Positions 1 through 9,447 of a stretch of 62,947 nucleotides of DNA are shown piece after piece; the stretch's first letter is position 1, and each line of letters starts with the position of its first letter. The translations under genes were made by a program, and so were the position numbers. Under the pieces are notes generated by a model that saw only the letters and a list, made by a program, of their open reading frames with translations, had not been told where the DNA came from and searched no databases. Origin of the DNA: a virus (Duplodnaviria > Caudoviricetes); IMG/VR virus record IMGVR_UViG_3300030406_004002, positions 1 to 62,947 of that record; one strand, written 5' to 3'.

Positions 1-7
1 GTACTGA
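1..7. repeat. 7-nt terminal direct repeat GTACTGA (also 62941..62947); circular assembly overlap
   Basis: Identical at both ends; removing one copy keeps the scaffold ORF in frame (...NDLES-T-EAYQQAVSEP...). Confidence 0.8.
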
Positions 8-686
8 GGCTTACCAGCAAGCGGTTAGTGAGCCTATCAATGAAATACTAGACGCAGCTTCTTCTGTGGCGGATCATTACGATGTTAACCCAGATATATT
101 AATTGATATTTTAGCATTAGAGAATGCTGAAGATCAAGATACTGCTCTGGAGGAATATTTTCCTAACATGTCTACTAGGGATAAAGCTAAAATCTATCGA
201 ATGATAGAAGATATTGACCCTATTTTAAAGCAGAGAGAAGAAATGTTTGAAAACATTGATGTTGCTTTGAATGAGGCAAAAGCTCTTGAAGAAGAGCGTC
301 AGAAAGCTGATTTAGCTGAGAGAGTTCAGTTAAGACAGAACGTGACAAAGAATGTAGTTAACAGAGTTAAAGAAAAACTTCCTTTTCTTAGTGGGTTAGA
401 TGACGTAAATCTGTCTGAAATACAAGAAAAAGCAGCAGAATTAGATCCCACTGTGGTACATCCTGTAGATTTTGCATATGGGGCAGTAGCTGCTGAGTTA
501 CTACCCAAAATAGTACGTCAGTATTTTTCTTCTCAGAAAGAGGTTGAAGCACTAATGGACAAGCTTTCTGAGTATGAGGAGGCGGAACCTACAATGTCAG
601 GGGCTCCTGCTACTGATGGAAGTAATGTTTCAAAGGCAAATGCTGATTTGAGTTTTGAGGATGCTATCGCTGCTGCATTAGGATAG
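1..686 (+). CDS. 3' part of putative capsid scaffolding protein (starts at 62403 across the junction; about 407 aa in total)
   Basis: Frame open from position 1; acidic and coiled-coil-like; lies between portal and MCP; ends in a short helix SFEDAIAAALG. Confidence 0.65.
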   Translation, partial: TEAYQQAVSEPINEILDAASSVADHYDVNPDILIDILALENAEDQDTALEEYFPNMSTRDKAKIYRMIEDIDPILKQREEMFENIDVALNEAKALEEERQKADLAERVQLRQNVTKNVVNRVKEKLPFLSGLDDVNLSEIQEKAAELDPTVVHPVDFAYGAVAAELLPKIVRQYFSSQKEVEALMDKLSEYEEAEPTMSGAPATDGSNVSKANADLSFEDAIAAALG

Positions 687-720
687 TTGCGAAGATTAGA
701 TTCATAGCTTATTTTAGGCT

Positions 721-1335
721 ATGGCTAAACCCAAACTATCATATGAACAAGCTCGTTCTGAAGCTGAACGAGCTAAATTCTTTGGAGAACGGTCACAATC
801 TCCTCCTCCCGTCCTAGGAAATTTAGGTGATTATAGTGCGGTTACTTCAGGGATAGGAAAAAACCGTAGGTATGATGCTGATGCGGAAGAAGAGTTAGAC
901 CGTATTGCTAAAAAACTAGACCAAGCAGCTAATGCTGCCCCTGTTAACGCAGGTGGTCAAGGTCAAGGAGCAGGGGGTAACGCTGGTGGTGATTTAGCTA
1001 ATAAACCAAAAGGTGATGATCCCAATAAAAAAGAAAAACCTGATGGCATTAAAGGAGACGTAGATGATGATGATGGTCAAGTGGGGGCGGTTGGACCCGA
1101 TGGCAAAACATCAGGACCAATTGAAGTTCCTTTAGAAACAATGGAAGGGTATACTATGGGTATCAACCCTATGCAAATTCCTTTAGCTGGCCCTGCTGCA
1201 ATTCCTGGTATTGCGACGGTGTCTAAACTTCTTATGGATCAGTTTAATAAGAGTAAAAAAAATAAAGAAGCTGATGAGCTCATGAAAAAACTGTACCCTA
1301 ACATGGGTCAACCAGATCGATTTAATAATTTATAA
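721..1335 (+). CDS. Hypothetical low-complexity protein, possibly an internal head protein
   Basis: 204-aa ORF, Gly/Asp/Lys-rich, TAATG-coupled to the next gene. Confidence 0.6.
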   Translation: MAKPKLSYEQARSEAERAKFFGERSQSPPPVLGNLGDYSAVTSGIGKNRRYDADAEEELDRIAKKLDQAANAAPVNAGGQGQGAGGNAGGDLANKPKGDDPNKKEKPDGIKGDVDDDDGQVGAVGPDGKTSGPIEVPLETMEGYTMGINPMQIPLAGPAAIPGIATVSKLLMDQFNKSKKNKEADELMKKLYPNMGQPDRFNNL

Positions 1336-1622
1336 TGGCCAAGTTTAAGAGATTACCATCAGGTGGTGTTAGTTACCGAGGAGAAAAGTTTCCCGGCTTT
1401 AATAAACCTAAAAAAGCTCCATCAGGAAGTAAGAAAAAGTTTTTTGTTCTAGCTAAACAAGGGGACAAAATCCGAAAGATTGGGTTTGGTCATCGGGATT
1501 ACCAAGATTTTAGGCAACATAAAGACCCTAAGAGGCGTAAAAACTTTAGGTCTAGGCATAATTGTGCTACTGCAAAAGATAAACTAAGTGCTCGTTACTG
1601 GGCGTGTAAGAAACTTTGGTAA
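1335..1622 (+). CDS. Small basic protein of a widespread viral family (GFG...KDPKRRKNFRSRH.C...SARYWA)
   Basis: Motif recalled from aquatic phages and large DNA viruses (DUF5824/DUF5754-like); very Lys/Arg-rich. Confidence 0.7.
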   Translation: MAKFKRLPSGGVSYRGEKFPGFNKPKKAPSGSKKKFFVLAKQGDKIRKIGFGHRDYQDFRQHKDPKRRKNFRSRHNCATAKDKLSARYWACKKLW

Positions 1623-1798
1623 TGAAAAAGAAATCAAGAGTCAACGAAGCTGGTAATTATACTAAACCAGGAATGCGTAAGCGTTTATTTGAGCGTATAA
1701 AAGCTGGATCTAAAGGCGGTAGGCCAGGTCAGTGGTCTGCTAGAAAAGCTCAACTTCTTGCTAAAGAATATAAGAAAAGAGGTGGAGGTTATAGGTAA
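1622..1798 (+). CDS. Small basic protein, DUF5872-like N-terminal half
   Basis: YTKPGMRKRLF...GGRPGQWSARKAQLLAKEYKKRGGGY; ATG at 1622 overlaps the upstream TAA. Confidence 0.7.
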   Translation: MKKKSRVNEAGNYTKPGMRKRLFERIKAGSKGGRPGQWSARKAQLLAKEYKKRGGGYR

Positions 1799-2064
1799 TG
1801 GCTCTAAAGAAGTCACAGAAGTCCTTAAAAAATTGGACTAAACAGAAGTGGAGAACTAAATCAGGTAAGAAATCTTCTGAGACAGGAGAAAGATATTTAC
1901 CTGAGAAAGCAATAAAGTCTTTAACTGCTGCTCAATACGCTGCTGGAACCCGTAGAAAAAGAAAAGCTACGGCTCAAGGTAAACAAAGAGCTAAGTATAC
2001 AGAAGCTGAGAAGCGAGCTTTTTTAAGAGCTTCAAAGAAAAAGAAAACTAAAAAGAAAAAATGA
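1798..2064 (+). CDS. Small basic protein, DUF5872-like C-terminal half
   Basis: QKSLKNWTKQKWRTKSG...ERYLPEKAIKSL; TAATG coupling. Confidence 0.7.
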   Translation: MALKKSQKSLKNWTKQKWRTKSGKKSSETGERYLPEKAIKSLTAAQYAAGTRRKRKATAQGKQRAKYTEAEKRAFLRASKKKKTKKKK

Positions 2065-2243
2065 AGAAGAAGAAAGATTTCAAACCACATATGATGTATG
2101 ACCCAAAAACTGGAAAGGGCATACAAGCTAAAACATATGAGAAACATCTTGAGTTAAAGAAGAAAGGGTTTGTTCATGATAAACCCCAAAAATCTTTTAC
2201 TGAAGCTGTTGAATCTAGGCTTAAAAAGAAAAGCGGATATTAA
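2061..2243 (+). CDS. Small basic hypothetical protein (FKPHMMYDPKTG motif)
   Basis: 60-aa ORF, ATGA overlap with the upstream gene. Confidence 0.65.
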   Translation: MKKKKDFKPHMMYDPKTGKGIQAKTYEKHLELKKKGFVHDKPQKSFTEAVESRLKKKSGY

Positions 2244-2244
2244 A

Positions 2245-2436
2245 TTAGTCTTCCACTATATCAAGACCTATACAAATTTTAGGGGGTAGTGGTTGTACTT
2301 GGGTTTCAAGATTAACCCTGACCGCTGGATCTGTAAAAGGAATTGGTAAACCTACTTTAGCGTCTGTGGTGTTACATGAAACGCTTGAAGCTGCAATTAA
2401 AAGAAGTCCTGCAAATGCTATAATTTTCTTTTTCAT
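2245..2436 (-). CDS. Small lipoprotein, antisense to the head module
   Basis: MKKK, a hydrophobic stretch and a lipobox-like SVSC; stop codon abuts the stop of the + strand gene. Confidence 0.65.
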   Translation of the reverse strand: MKKKIIAFAGLLLIAASSVSCNTTDAKVGLPIPFTDPAVRVNLETQVQPLPPKICIGLDIVED

Positions 2437-2599
2437 GGGTAACTATACCCTTATTTCAAGAAAAGCAATACTGATAACGTCATAATTATCAACATTATAA
2501 AAACCCATATAGGTATTTCATCTATAGGTAGTTTCATTGAGTAAGGTACTTACAAAATCCCCATTTGCATAAATATATTAATAAGGGTAAATTTAGTGA

Positions 2600-2757
2600 G
2601 TCATACGAAACGGTTGCTCTAGCCATTAAATAGTTCAGTTTTTTATGACGATGTAAACGAATTTTGTAAGGTTGCTCTAGCCTTAAATAGTTCTAGTAAG
2701 CAAGATTCACTTAACTTTGAAACTAGATCGCTTTACCGACCTAATAGGGAGCGGTCT
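2600..2757 (+). ncRNA. Structured 5' leader of the major capsid gene: two copies of a conserved motif, each closed by a stem, plus a third hairpin
   Basis: Core GGTTGCTCTAGCC(A)TTAAATAGTTC at 2612 and 2670; closing stems 2600-2611/2638-2649 and 2659-2667/2700-2708; hairpin AGATCGCTT/GGAGCGGTCT at about 2725-2757. Confidence 0.6.
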
Positions 2758-2793
2758 GCACTTACTTAACTTAACAATTAGAAATTAAATAAC

Positions 2794-4113
2794 ATGGCAT
2801 TTGCACCTCCAGGTACATTAACTACCGATGCAGCAGCAGCGGTAGATGTAGTATTGACTCAAGAGGCTAACAGAATTGGCTCCGATATACATAAGGCGAC
2901 TCTTCATACTAGTCCTTGGATCGACTTAATTAAACAAACAACCTTTCCAGAAGGAATGGGTTATCAGTTGAACACGCTCGTTTATGACCGTGCTCTTCCA
3001 TTGTCACCAGTAAACAAAGACCTTAGTGAGACAGGAACTTCTGTTGGAGTTTCTTGGTCAGCTTTAGGAACCACAGAAGCCTCTGGCTCAAATGGTTTTA
3101 CAGGCGGTCAGCAAGATCAAACTAATGGTATGGGATCTGGTAAAGCTAACGTTAACGTGATTGACTTCACAAAGACTCTTAAGAACTATTCTCTTGAGAG
3201 AGCTGTTGTTGAATCTCCACGTATTAATGTTGAAGATCTTCGTTATGCAGCTCATCGTACTGAGCAGCTTCGTGCAATCATGGACCTCCTTAAAGAGTCT
3301 GTCCGTAATTCATGGGAAGAGCGTTACCGTGATGAGTACGCTAAACTTTGCGACAACGTCGTTATCTGTAAAGCTTCTGGTACTGCACCAGCTACTGGTA
3401 AAGAAGGAAGCACTACTCCAGATTCTGCTGGAGACGTAGACGCTGATAACAACGATTCAGCAGAGTTGATTGCTGCTAACATCTCAAACAAAGTTCTTGA
3501 TGATCTATACTTCAAGCTTGTAAGAGCAGGAGCAGGTTTCAATGCGTACGGCCGTGAAAATGGTCGTCCAGTATTCTCACTTGTTTGCTCATCTGAAGCT
3601 TCTTATCAGATCATGACTGAGAGTGAGTCCATTAAGGATGACATTCGTTACAATAACTCAAGAGTATCAGAGCTCATTGCACCACTTGGTGTAGAGAAGA
3701 GCTTTAGAGGTTATTACCATCTTGTTGATGACCTTGCTCCACGTTATAGTGACACTGTTGACGGATCTGATAAGCTTGTACGTGTACAGCCTTATATTCA
3801 CAACACATCAACAGACAAGGTTGAAATCAACCCTGATTATGATACTGCTCCTATTGAGGAAGCCTTTATCCTTGTTGATAACGTGATGGAGTCATTGATC
3901 CCAGCACCTATTACAGGAGCAAATGGATTAACATTTGATCCTGTGAACTACAAAGGTGAGTTCAAGTGGACAAACATACCTGATCAGACACTTAACCCTG
4001 ATGGTACAATTGGTTTCTTCAGAGGCATCATGGCTTCTGCTTCTAAGCCGATTAAGACTAACTTCGGTTATTCTATCTTGTTCAGACGTACGTCTACAAC
4101 ACTTGCTGCTTAA
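2794..4113 (+). CDS. Major capsid protein (putative)
   Basis: 439 aa; downstream of portal and scaffold; codon usage typical of a highly expressed gene; followed by a strong terminator. Confidence 0.8.
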   Translation: MAFAPPGTLTTDAAAAVDVVLTQEANRIGSDIHKATLHTSPWIDLIKQTTFPEGMGYQLNTLVYDRALPLSPVNKDLSETGTSVGVSWSALGTTEASGSNGFTGGQQDQTNGMGSGKANVNVIDFTKTLKNYSLERAVVESPRINVEDLRYAAHRTEQLRAIMDLLKESVRNSWEERYRDEYAKLCDNVVICKASGTAPATGKEGSTTPDSAGDVDADNNDSAELIAANISNKVLDDLYFKLVRAGAGFNAYGRENGRPVFSLVCSSEASYQIMTESESIKDDIRYNNSRVSELIAPLGVEKSFRGYYHLVDDLAPRYSDTVDGSDKLVRVQPYIHNTSTDKVEINPDYDTAPIEEAFILVDNVMESLIPAPITGANGLTFDPVNYKGEFKWTNIPDQTLNPDGTIGFFRGIMASASKPIKTNFGYSILFRRTSTTLAA

Positions 4114-4130
4114 TTAGCATATATCATAAC

Positions 4131-4179
4131 AATAATCCCCGATCCTCTTGAAAAAGGAGGGGATCGGGGTTATTTTTTT
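4131..4179 (+). terminator. Rho-independent terminator after MCP
   Basis: CCCCGATCCTCTT...GAGGGGATCGGGG stem followed by TTATTTTTTT. Confidence 0.85.
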
Positions 4180-4198
4180 AAAAATAACATTAAAAATT

Positions 4199-4459
4199 AT
4201 GGCTGAAGAAAACGAAGTTGAATCCGAAGAAATGGGTATGGACATGGACAAAAGCAACATGCCCAGTAATGAAATTCTTATAGAGCTTTTTGAGGCAATG
4301 GTGGGGGAAGAGTTAGATGAGTCAAATGATAACCATGCGGTAGCTATGGCAGGAATACAAGAGTTTCTTTCGCAAAACCCTGAGATAGCTGAAGCGTTAT
4401 CTTCTGGAGAGATGACTGTATCTCAACTTGCTTTGAAACTATTTAAAGAATCTAAATAA
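4199..4459 (+). CDS. Acidic hypothetical protein
   Basis: Likely start is ATG 4199 (MAEENEV); the longer ORF call overlaps the terminator. Confidence 0.65.
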   Translation: MAEENEVESEEMGMDMDKSNMPSNEILIELFEAMVGEELDESNDNHAVAMAGIQEFLSQNPEIAEALSSGEMTVSQLALKLFKESK

Positions 4460-4461
4460 TC

Positions 4462-5040
4462 ATGGCTCAATCACTATCAGGAATTTCAGTTACCTCAAAG
4501 GTAATAGGCACGATGGCGGGCCAAGGGACGAATGTTCAGAATGATATACGTATCGGTAGAAATATTGCTAAATCAATTAGTGCTACTGAAGCGGATATTT
4601 TATATTCTGTAAAGTTCACCTCTACGGCTGCTTCTGACCAAATATCTTGGGACTTAGATTTACATAAGTTCAGTGCAGCTTCAGGTGATAGTCCGAATGC
4701 TTTTGACAGGGCTAGTCATACATATACAGGTTACTCATCTAATAATAACACTCCAGGAACGCCTACAGACGCTGTCGGGGATGTACTCCCAACAGCATCT
4801 ACTATAATGGCTATACTTTATGAGACTGATGCTACGAACACAGGCAATGTAGTTATTTCTTCTAGCGATGCTAAGTTTGGAACTGTAACATTAGCGGGAG
4901 GTACGGGCTCTGGGATTACAGGAGCTCATACAAGATCTGCTTTATTTATGCCTAGGGCTGACCCTTCAAATGTTAATGTTACCATAACTTTTGCAGATAA
5001 CTCTAATTCATTGACGGTTTTAGTTTTAGCAAAATCTTAA
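4462..5040 (+). CDS. Putative virion structural protein (beta-rich, Ser/Thr/Gly-rich)
   Basis: 192 aa; position after MCP and composition. Confidence 0.55.
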   Translation: MAQSLSGISVTSKVIGTMAGQGTNVQNDIRIGRNIAKSISATEADILYSVKFTSTAASDQISWDLDLHKFSAASGDSPNAFDRASHTYTGYSSNNNTPGTPTDAVGDVLPTASTIMAILYETDATNTGNVVISSSDAKFGTVTLAGGTGSGITGAHTRSALFMPRADPSNVNVTITFADNSNSLTVLVLAKS

Positions 5041-5044
5041 TTAG

Positions 5045-6535
5045 ATGGCAGTCTCTTCTAATAGAAGGCAGAGAATATTAGAGTATGCTACTCCTAAAGT
5101 AGCTGACTTAGTTGTTATTGAGTTAGTTGATGCTAGCAAGAATCTAGGATCTGCTGATGCTGCTGACAACACTGCTTATGGGACGGCCCACCCTGACTCT
5201 GTAAACTTCCCTAATCATAAACTGTCATTAATTAAAAATGCTGACAGAGAGCAGGGGCAGTTTCAGTTTTGGTATTATGTAGTTGATAGGGATAGCCAAG
5301 ATGATTACAACTGGGAGTTTCAATCGGCTTCTGCTTCAGGGAGAAGATACGATACTGTTGTAAGAACTTATATAACTTTAAGGAGTTCTTTTGATGACTC
5401 TACACCTGCTATCAATTCGGCTATGCCGATATCAACTAGCGATCCTTTTGCTACTACAGATGAGTATGTGCTCTTTGAAAAGAGGCAGGTAAGAGCTGGC
5501 GATGAGTCTTTAGATTCATTGTATGTTATTGAGAGAAGGGTCTTTGTTAAGAAAGTTCCTATTAGGAATATACGAACAGATGATAGTTTCCCTTATGATG
5601 TTACCCCTCATGAGAATACTAGTGATTCTACTGTAGATAGAGGAAACACTGCTGACCCTGCAAAAGGAGCTTTATTAGATAAAGAAACTTTATACTTTAG
5701 AACAGAGCAGATCAAAGCTACTACTGTGTTTGCTTCAACAGGTAATGATACGGCTATATCTGTTGTAGATGGTTCAAATAATCCTGTGACTTCTGAGGAA
5801 GCTTTTCGTGATCCTGATCTTAGTTTTGGCACAAACGTAACTGCTTTAGGGTCTTCAAACTTTTGGGGGACTGATGAGTTAGGGATTGAAAGAGAGGGTA
5901 AGCAGATATCTGAAAATTGGTTCGTGTTGCTAGAAAGACAAGTTGTGCCACCTGTAGATATAACTAACATTTCTGGTAAGAGTAATCCTGGTGAAATAAT
6001 GTTAGCTAAATATACCACTAATGAAACTTTTACATGGCCAGCAGTACTTAATGATATGGACCCTGCGGATGGTAATCAAAACGGGGTTGTTGGGTATTCT
6101 TGGAAAAGAAAAAAAGGTGGTGCTGATACTGTAGTATTTCCTACTTTCAAAAGGGATACATGGACAGGACCAACTAAAACAACTAGAGAAATTATTTGGC
6201 GAAAGAAAAAATGGAGTGAGTCAGAGTTGACTGATCTTCAGCCCATGCAACCACTTCCAATAAACTTTATAACTCCATTAGCAAGGGCAAGTGTTAAACC
6301 CACTCTACACAAAGGGATGCAATTAGGCATGTCTACAGGAAACAATCATCCGATATATAATGATGCCTCAACAGTATTTACCTATGGTAGGACTAATTAT
6401 ACTGATTGGCCTGAAGAGTTAGTTGTATCAGATTCGCAAAAGCCTTTTAGAGGTGGTTATGTTAGAGAAAGAATAACTGTACATGCCCCAACAATAAGTG
6501 CTCAAAATCCTACATATGCACCTGATCCTTTTTAA
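5045..6535 (+). CDS. Putative tail/structural protein
   Basis: 496-aa ORF in the structural operon; no catalytic motif recognised. Confidence 0.55.
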   Translation: MAVSSNRRQRILEYATPKVADLVVIELVDASKNLGSADAADNTAYGTAHPDSVNFPNHKLSLIKNADREQGQFQFWYYVVDRDSQDDYNWEFQSASASGRRYDTVVRTYITLRSSFDDSTPAINSAMPISTSDPFATTDEYVLFEKRQVRAGDESLDSLYVIERRVFVKKVPIRNIRTDDSFPYDVTPHENTSDSTVDRGNTADPAKGALLDKETLYFRTEQIKATTVFASTGNDTAISVVDGSNNPVTSEEAFRDPDLSFGTNVTALGSSNFWGTDELGIEREGKQISENWFVLLERQVVPPVDITNISGKSNPGEIMLAKYTTNETFTWPAVLNDMDPADGNQNGVVGYSWKRKKGGADTVVFPTFKRDTWTGPTKTTREIIWRKKKWSESELTDLQPMQPLPINFITPLARASVKPTLHKGMQLGMSTGNNHPIYNDASTVFTYGRTNYTDWPEELVVSDSQKPFRGGYVRERITVHAPTISAQNPTYAPDPF

Positions 6536-6537
6536 CA

Positions 6538-7749
6538 ATGGCTGATGAGATAGATCCTAATATTAGAAGCAATATTGAGGGCGTAGGCAATATTGAGAAT
6601 TGGCCTTATCCCTTCGGTCCTCATTCTGATTCTCAATTTAAAAACGCATACCCTGGCCAAGGTTTATTAGAGGTTTATCCTCAAGGTAACGAAGGTAATA
6701 AAGATTACCATCCTTATGAGTTAGAGTTTCATGTAGATGATGATAATAACGTAGAGCTCCGTTGTTATTTTGGGGTTGTTTATTATTCCATAACAGGCAT
6801 TCAATTGGAGGCTTTTGATGACAATGATACTAGTAATGCTAACAAAAGATTTGGTATTAAAGGGCAGAGAGTTCTACCAGGAATTGGCAGTATAACCCCT
6901 GCTGGTTTTATTAGTAGAGATGATGGGAGCAACAAAAAATTTTGTGGTCTTGGTAGGGGTAAGTTAGACGCAAGAGGCAATCCTCCTGATAAATGTTTTG
7001 GGACTGTGTATTTAGTTTTTTATGTTGATTCTAATAATAGAACTGTTAGCGAAGCTGAAGTTCAGTTTATAGAGAAAGGAGAAGAGTTAGAAGAAGAGGA
7101 GCCCGTAGGTGAGTTAAAGCGTGTGGGGACAGACAAGTTACTTAGAGATAACCCTAGAAAAGGTAAGTATCACTTAAAGATAGGTTCTTTTAATTCTCCT
7201 AGAGATACACCAATTCCAATAACTCAGTCGATAGAGGACCATGTTTATTATGCTACTACTATAGTAGAAGATAGTGAAGCACCTTCTCCTGGAGATGGTT
7301 CTAGTTTTTCATATACTACTACAGCTACTCCCCCTGCTGGCGAAACTTTTTCAGCAGCGAAAGCCCCTGACCCCGTAGACCCTGACAATCCTTTCATACC
7401 AACAACTGCGGTAGATCAGCCTAATCAACCTAACCCAACAGGAGGGTCTTCAAATCAACCTAATTATAAAGACACTCATGCCGTAGGGGGTCTAGGGATT
7501 GACGCACAACAACCTGACCCTGTTTTTGAAGATGAGACTGATGAGCAACTGACTGTGCCTCCTCAAGACACAGGAGACACTTTTTTCGGTGGTCATGGTG
7601 GGGGTCCAGTAGTAACTACAGATTCTGATGACTATATAGACTCTGGATCAATATCTGGATTAACTGAGATTTACGAAGAACAAATTGAAGATCCTACAGG
7701 AGGAGGCACATCTTCAGCTACCTCTACATCATATTCTAATACTACTTAG
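6538..7749 (+). CDS. Putative structural protein with Pro/Thr/Ser/Asp-rich disordered C-terminus
   Basis: 403 aa; low-complexity last ~150 aa; stop overlaps the start of the glycosyltransferase. Confidence 0.55.
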   Translation: MADEIDPNIRSNIEGVGNIENWPYPFGPHSDSQFKNAYPGQGLLEVYPQGNEGNKDYHPYELEFHVDDDNNVELRCYFGVVYYSITGIQLEAFDDNDTSNANKRFGIKGQRVLPGIGSITPAGFISRDDGSNKKFCGLGRGKLDARGNPPDKCFGTVYLVFYVDSNNRTVSEAEVQFIEKGEELEEEEPVGELKRVGTDKLLRDNPRKGKYHLKIGSFNSPRDTPIPITQSIEDHVYYATTIVEDSEAPSPGDGSSFSYTTTATPPAGETFSAAKAPDPVDPDNPFIPTTAVDQPNQPNPTGGSSNQPNYKDTHAVGGLGIDAQQPDPVFEDETDEQLTVPPQDTGDTFFGGHGGGPVVTTDSDDYIDSGSISGLTEIYEEQIEDPTGGGTSSATSTSYSNTT

Positions 7750-8438
7750 TGAGTTATACAGAGCCAAAAAATCTTACAGACTGGTTTGAACGTGTTTATG
7801 TCATTAACCGACCTGACAGGCCAGAAAGGTTAAAAGCGTTTTATAAGAATATTGAAGATACAAAAGTAGCAGATCCTTCTAAAATCATTGTTTATCCTGC
7901 GGTTATGGGGGATAAAACGGCTTGCCCTAGGTATTTTCTGAGTGGTAATGGGGCTTGGGGATGCCTTAGATCTCATAGTAACATTATAGAAAACCTACTA
8001 TTAGAGCAGATAAACACAGGAATAAGGGTTTATTCAGTTCTTATCTTAGAAGATGACGTTGAGTTTGTACCCAAGCCGTTGTTTAGGTTACACGCATTTA
8101 TGTCTGCGGTTCCTAAAAACTGGGATCAGATCTATTTGGGAGGACAGCATAGGCTTTTACCAAAACCTACAGGGATTAATAGGGTTATGAGGGGTATTTC
8201 AGTAAACAGAACGCATGCCTATGCTTTAAATAGAAAAGTATTTAAATTATTTTACACTCATATTAACAATGCTGAAGAGTATATAGGTAAAAAGAACCAC
8301 CATATAGATCATCAGTTAGAAATAGCTCATCGAAAATTAGCGTGGAATGTGTACTGCCCACCAGTGTGGCTTGCAGGACAAGCTGAAGGAATGAGTGATG
8401 TGTGTAATTCAGAGCTTGAAGCTCGTATTTGGGACTAG
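7749..8438 (+). CDS. Glycosyltransferase family 25-like protein
   Basis: YVINRPDRPERL, GCLRSH, LILEDD, WDQIYLGG, THAYAL and HIDH motifs. Confidence 0.85.
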   Translation: MSYTEPKNLTDWFERVYVINRPDRPERLKAFYKNIEDTKVADPSKIIVYPAVMGDKTACPRYFLSGNGAWGCLRSHSNIIENLLLEQINTGIRVYSVLILEDDVEFVPKPLFRLHAFMSAVPKNWDQIYLGGQHRLLPKPTGINRVMRGISVNRTHAYALNRKVFKLFYTHINNAEEYIGKKNHHIDHQLEIAHRKLAWNVYCPPVWLAGQAEGMSDVCNSELEARIWD

Positions 8439-8482
8439 TTCATAGGTTGAATTGATCTGTAAATCCCTTATATTTATGGACC

Positions 8483-9442
8483 GTGCCAGCTTTAACTACA
8501 CTTGATTTATACGAAACTCATTCAAAGTACCTTGACGCATCAGATAATACTCCTGATGCCTTTAGACAAGCTTTGAATGAAATAATGCCCCGTATCTACA
8601 AACTGGGGTATTGGCGAGAAATGTTGTTAGAACATTCTCAGGATGCTTCTTTAGGATACATATCTTTACCGCAAGATACTGATGCTATAGTAGCAGGTTT
8701 AATAGACAATAACCCAGTACCTACCCGTTCTGTGTGGCATGATTATAAACTTTTTGGAACTAATGATCAAGATGACACAGTTTTATCAGCTTTTATTGAT
8801 GATGGTTATGCTTCTACATACAGGGATATTGAAACGGCTGAACAGTATTATTTTGAGTTACAAGCCATATCAGATGTTAATTCATCCTTACCTTCTAATG
8901 ATTACAGCATAACGATTTCTTATAAAGGGTCGGGCACAGGCGATGGGTTTGATAATATTACTTTAACTAGTTCAGCAACATCTTCTGTTGGAGGAACCCC
9001 GCACCCAAATGTGTCAAGTATTGATAAGATTGTATACAAAAACATTCCCGATGGGCATTCAATAAGAGTTTTAGCTAAACGTTCTGGAGTTGATCCAATA
9101 ACTTTAGCGGATATAAAAGGTGAATCAGGTGTGGTTCGTTATCGAAGATATCGAATTGGTAATGTTAACACTACTTCTACTGCTCACGTTCTTTTAAAAA
9201 GGAGATGGGAAGATGTAGATGGGAATTCTGATTTAGTTTACATGCCTTCTAACGCCATCGTTAAACATGGTTTATTAGGTAAGCTTGCTGAAGATAACGC
9301 AGACATACAGAGAGCAGCGTATCATTGGGGTTTAGTAACTCAACTATTAGAAACAGATACTGATTCATATAGAGGTGCGTCTAAACCGACACTAAAAGTA
9401 GCTCCTAATGGGGTAGGATCTGGAATGACTGGAATGTATTAA
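8483..9442 (+). CDS. Putative tail adaptor / tubular-A-like structural protein
   Basis: Helical N- and C-termini around a beta-rich core (ISLPQD...); located before the fibre. Confidence 0.45.
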   Translation: MPALTTLDLYETHSKYLDASDNTPDAFRQALNEIMPRIYKLGYWREMLLEHSQDASLGYISLPQDTDAIVAGLIDNNPVPTRSVWHDYKLFGTNDQDDTVLSAFIDDGYASTYRDIETAEQYYFELQAISDVNSSLPSNDYSITISYKGSGTGDGFDNITLTSSATSSVGGTPHPNVSSIDKIVYKNIPDGHSIRVLAKRSGVDPITLADIKGESGVVRYRRYRIGNVNTTSTAHVLLKRRWEDVDGNSDLVYMPSNAIVKHGLLGKLAEDNADIQRAAYHWGLVTQLLETDTDSYRGASKPTLKVAPNGVGSGMTGMY

Positions 9443-9447
9443 TTATT

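Noticed and set aside
2612-2696. Capsid-leader repeats as a mini CRISPR array or pistol ribozyme
   Set aside because: Only two copies, and the flanks base-pair around the repeat rather than acting as spacers. TTAAATAG recalls pistol, but the pseudoknot complement and P3 are not evident.
4148-4198. Upstream extensions of ORF-track calls (4148, 25032, 26979, 30059, 54650, 56376)
   Set aside because: They overlap terminators, hairpins or neighbouring genes; downstream ATGs with coupling or RBS context are more plausible.
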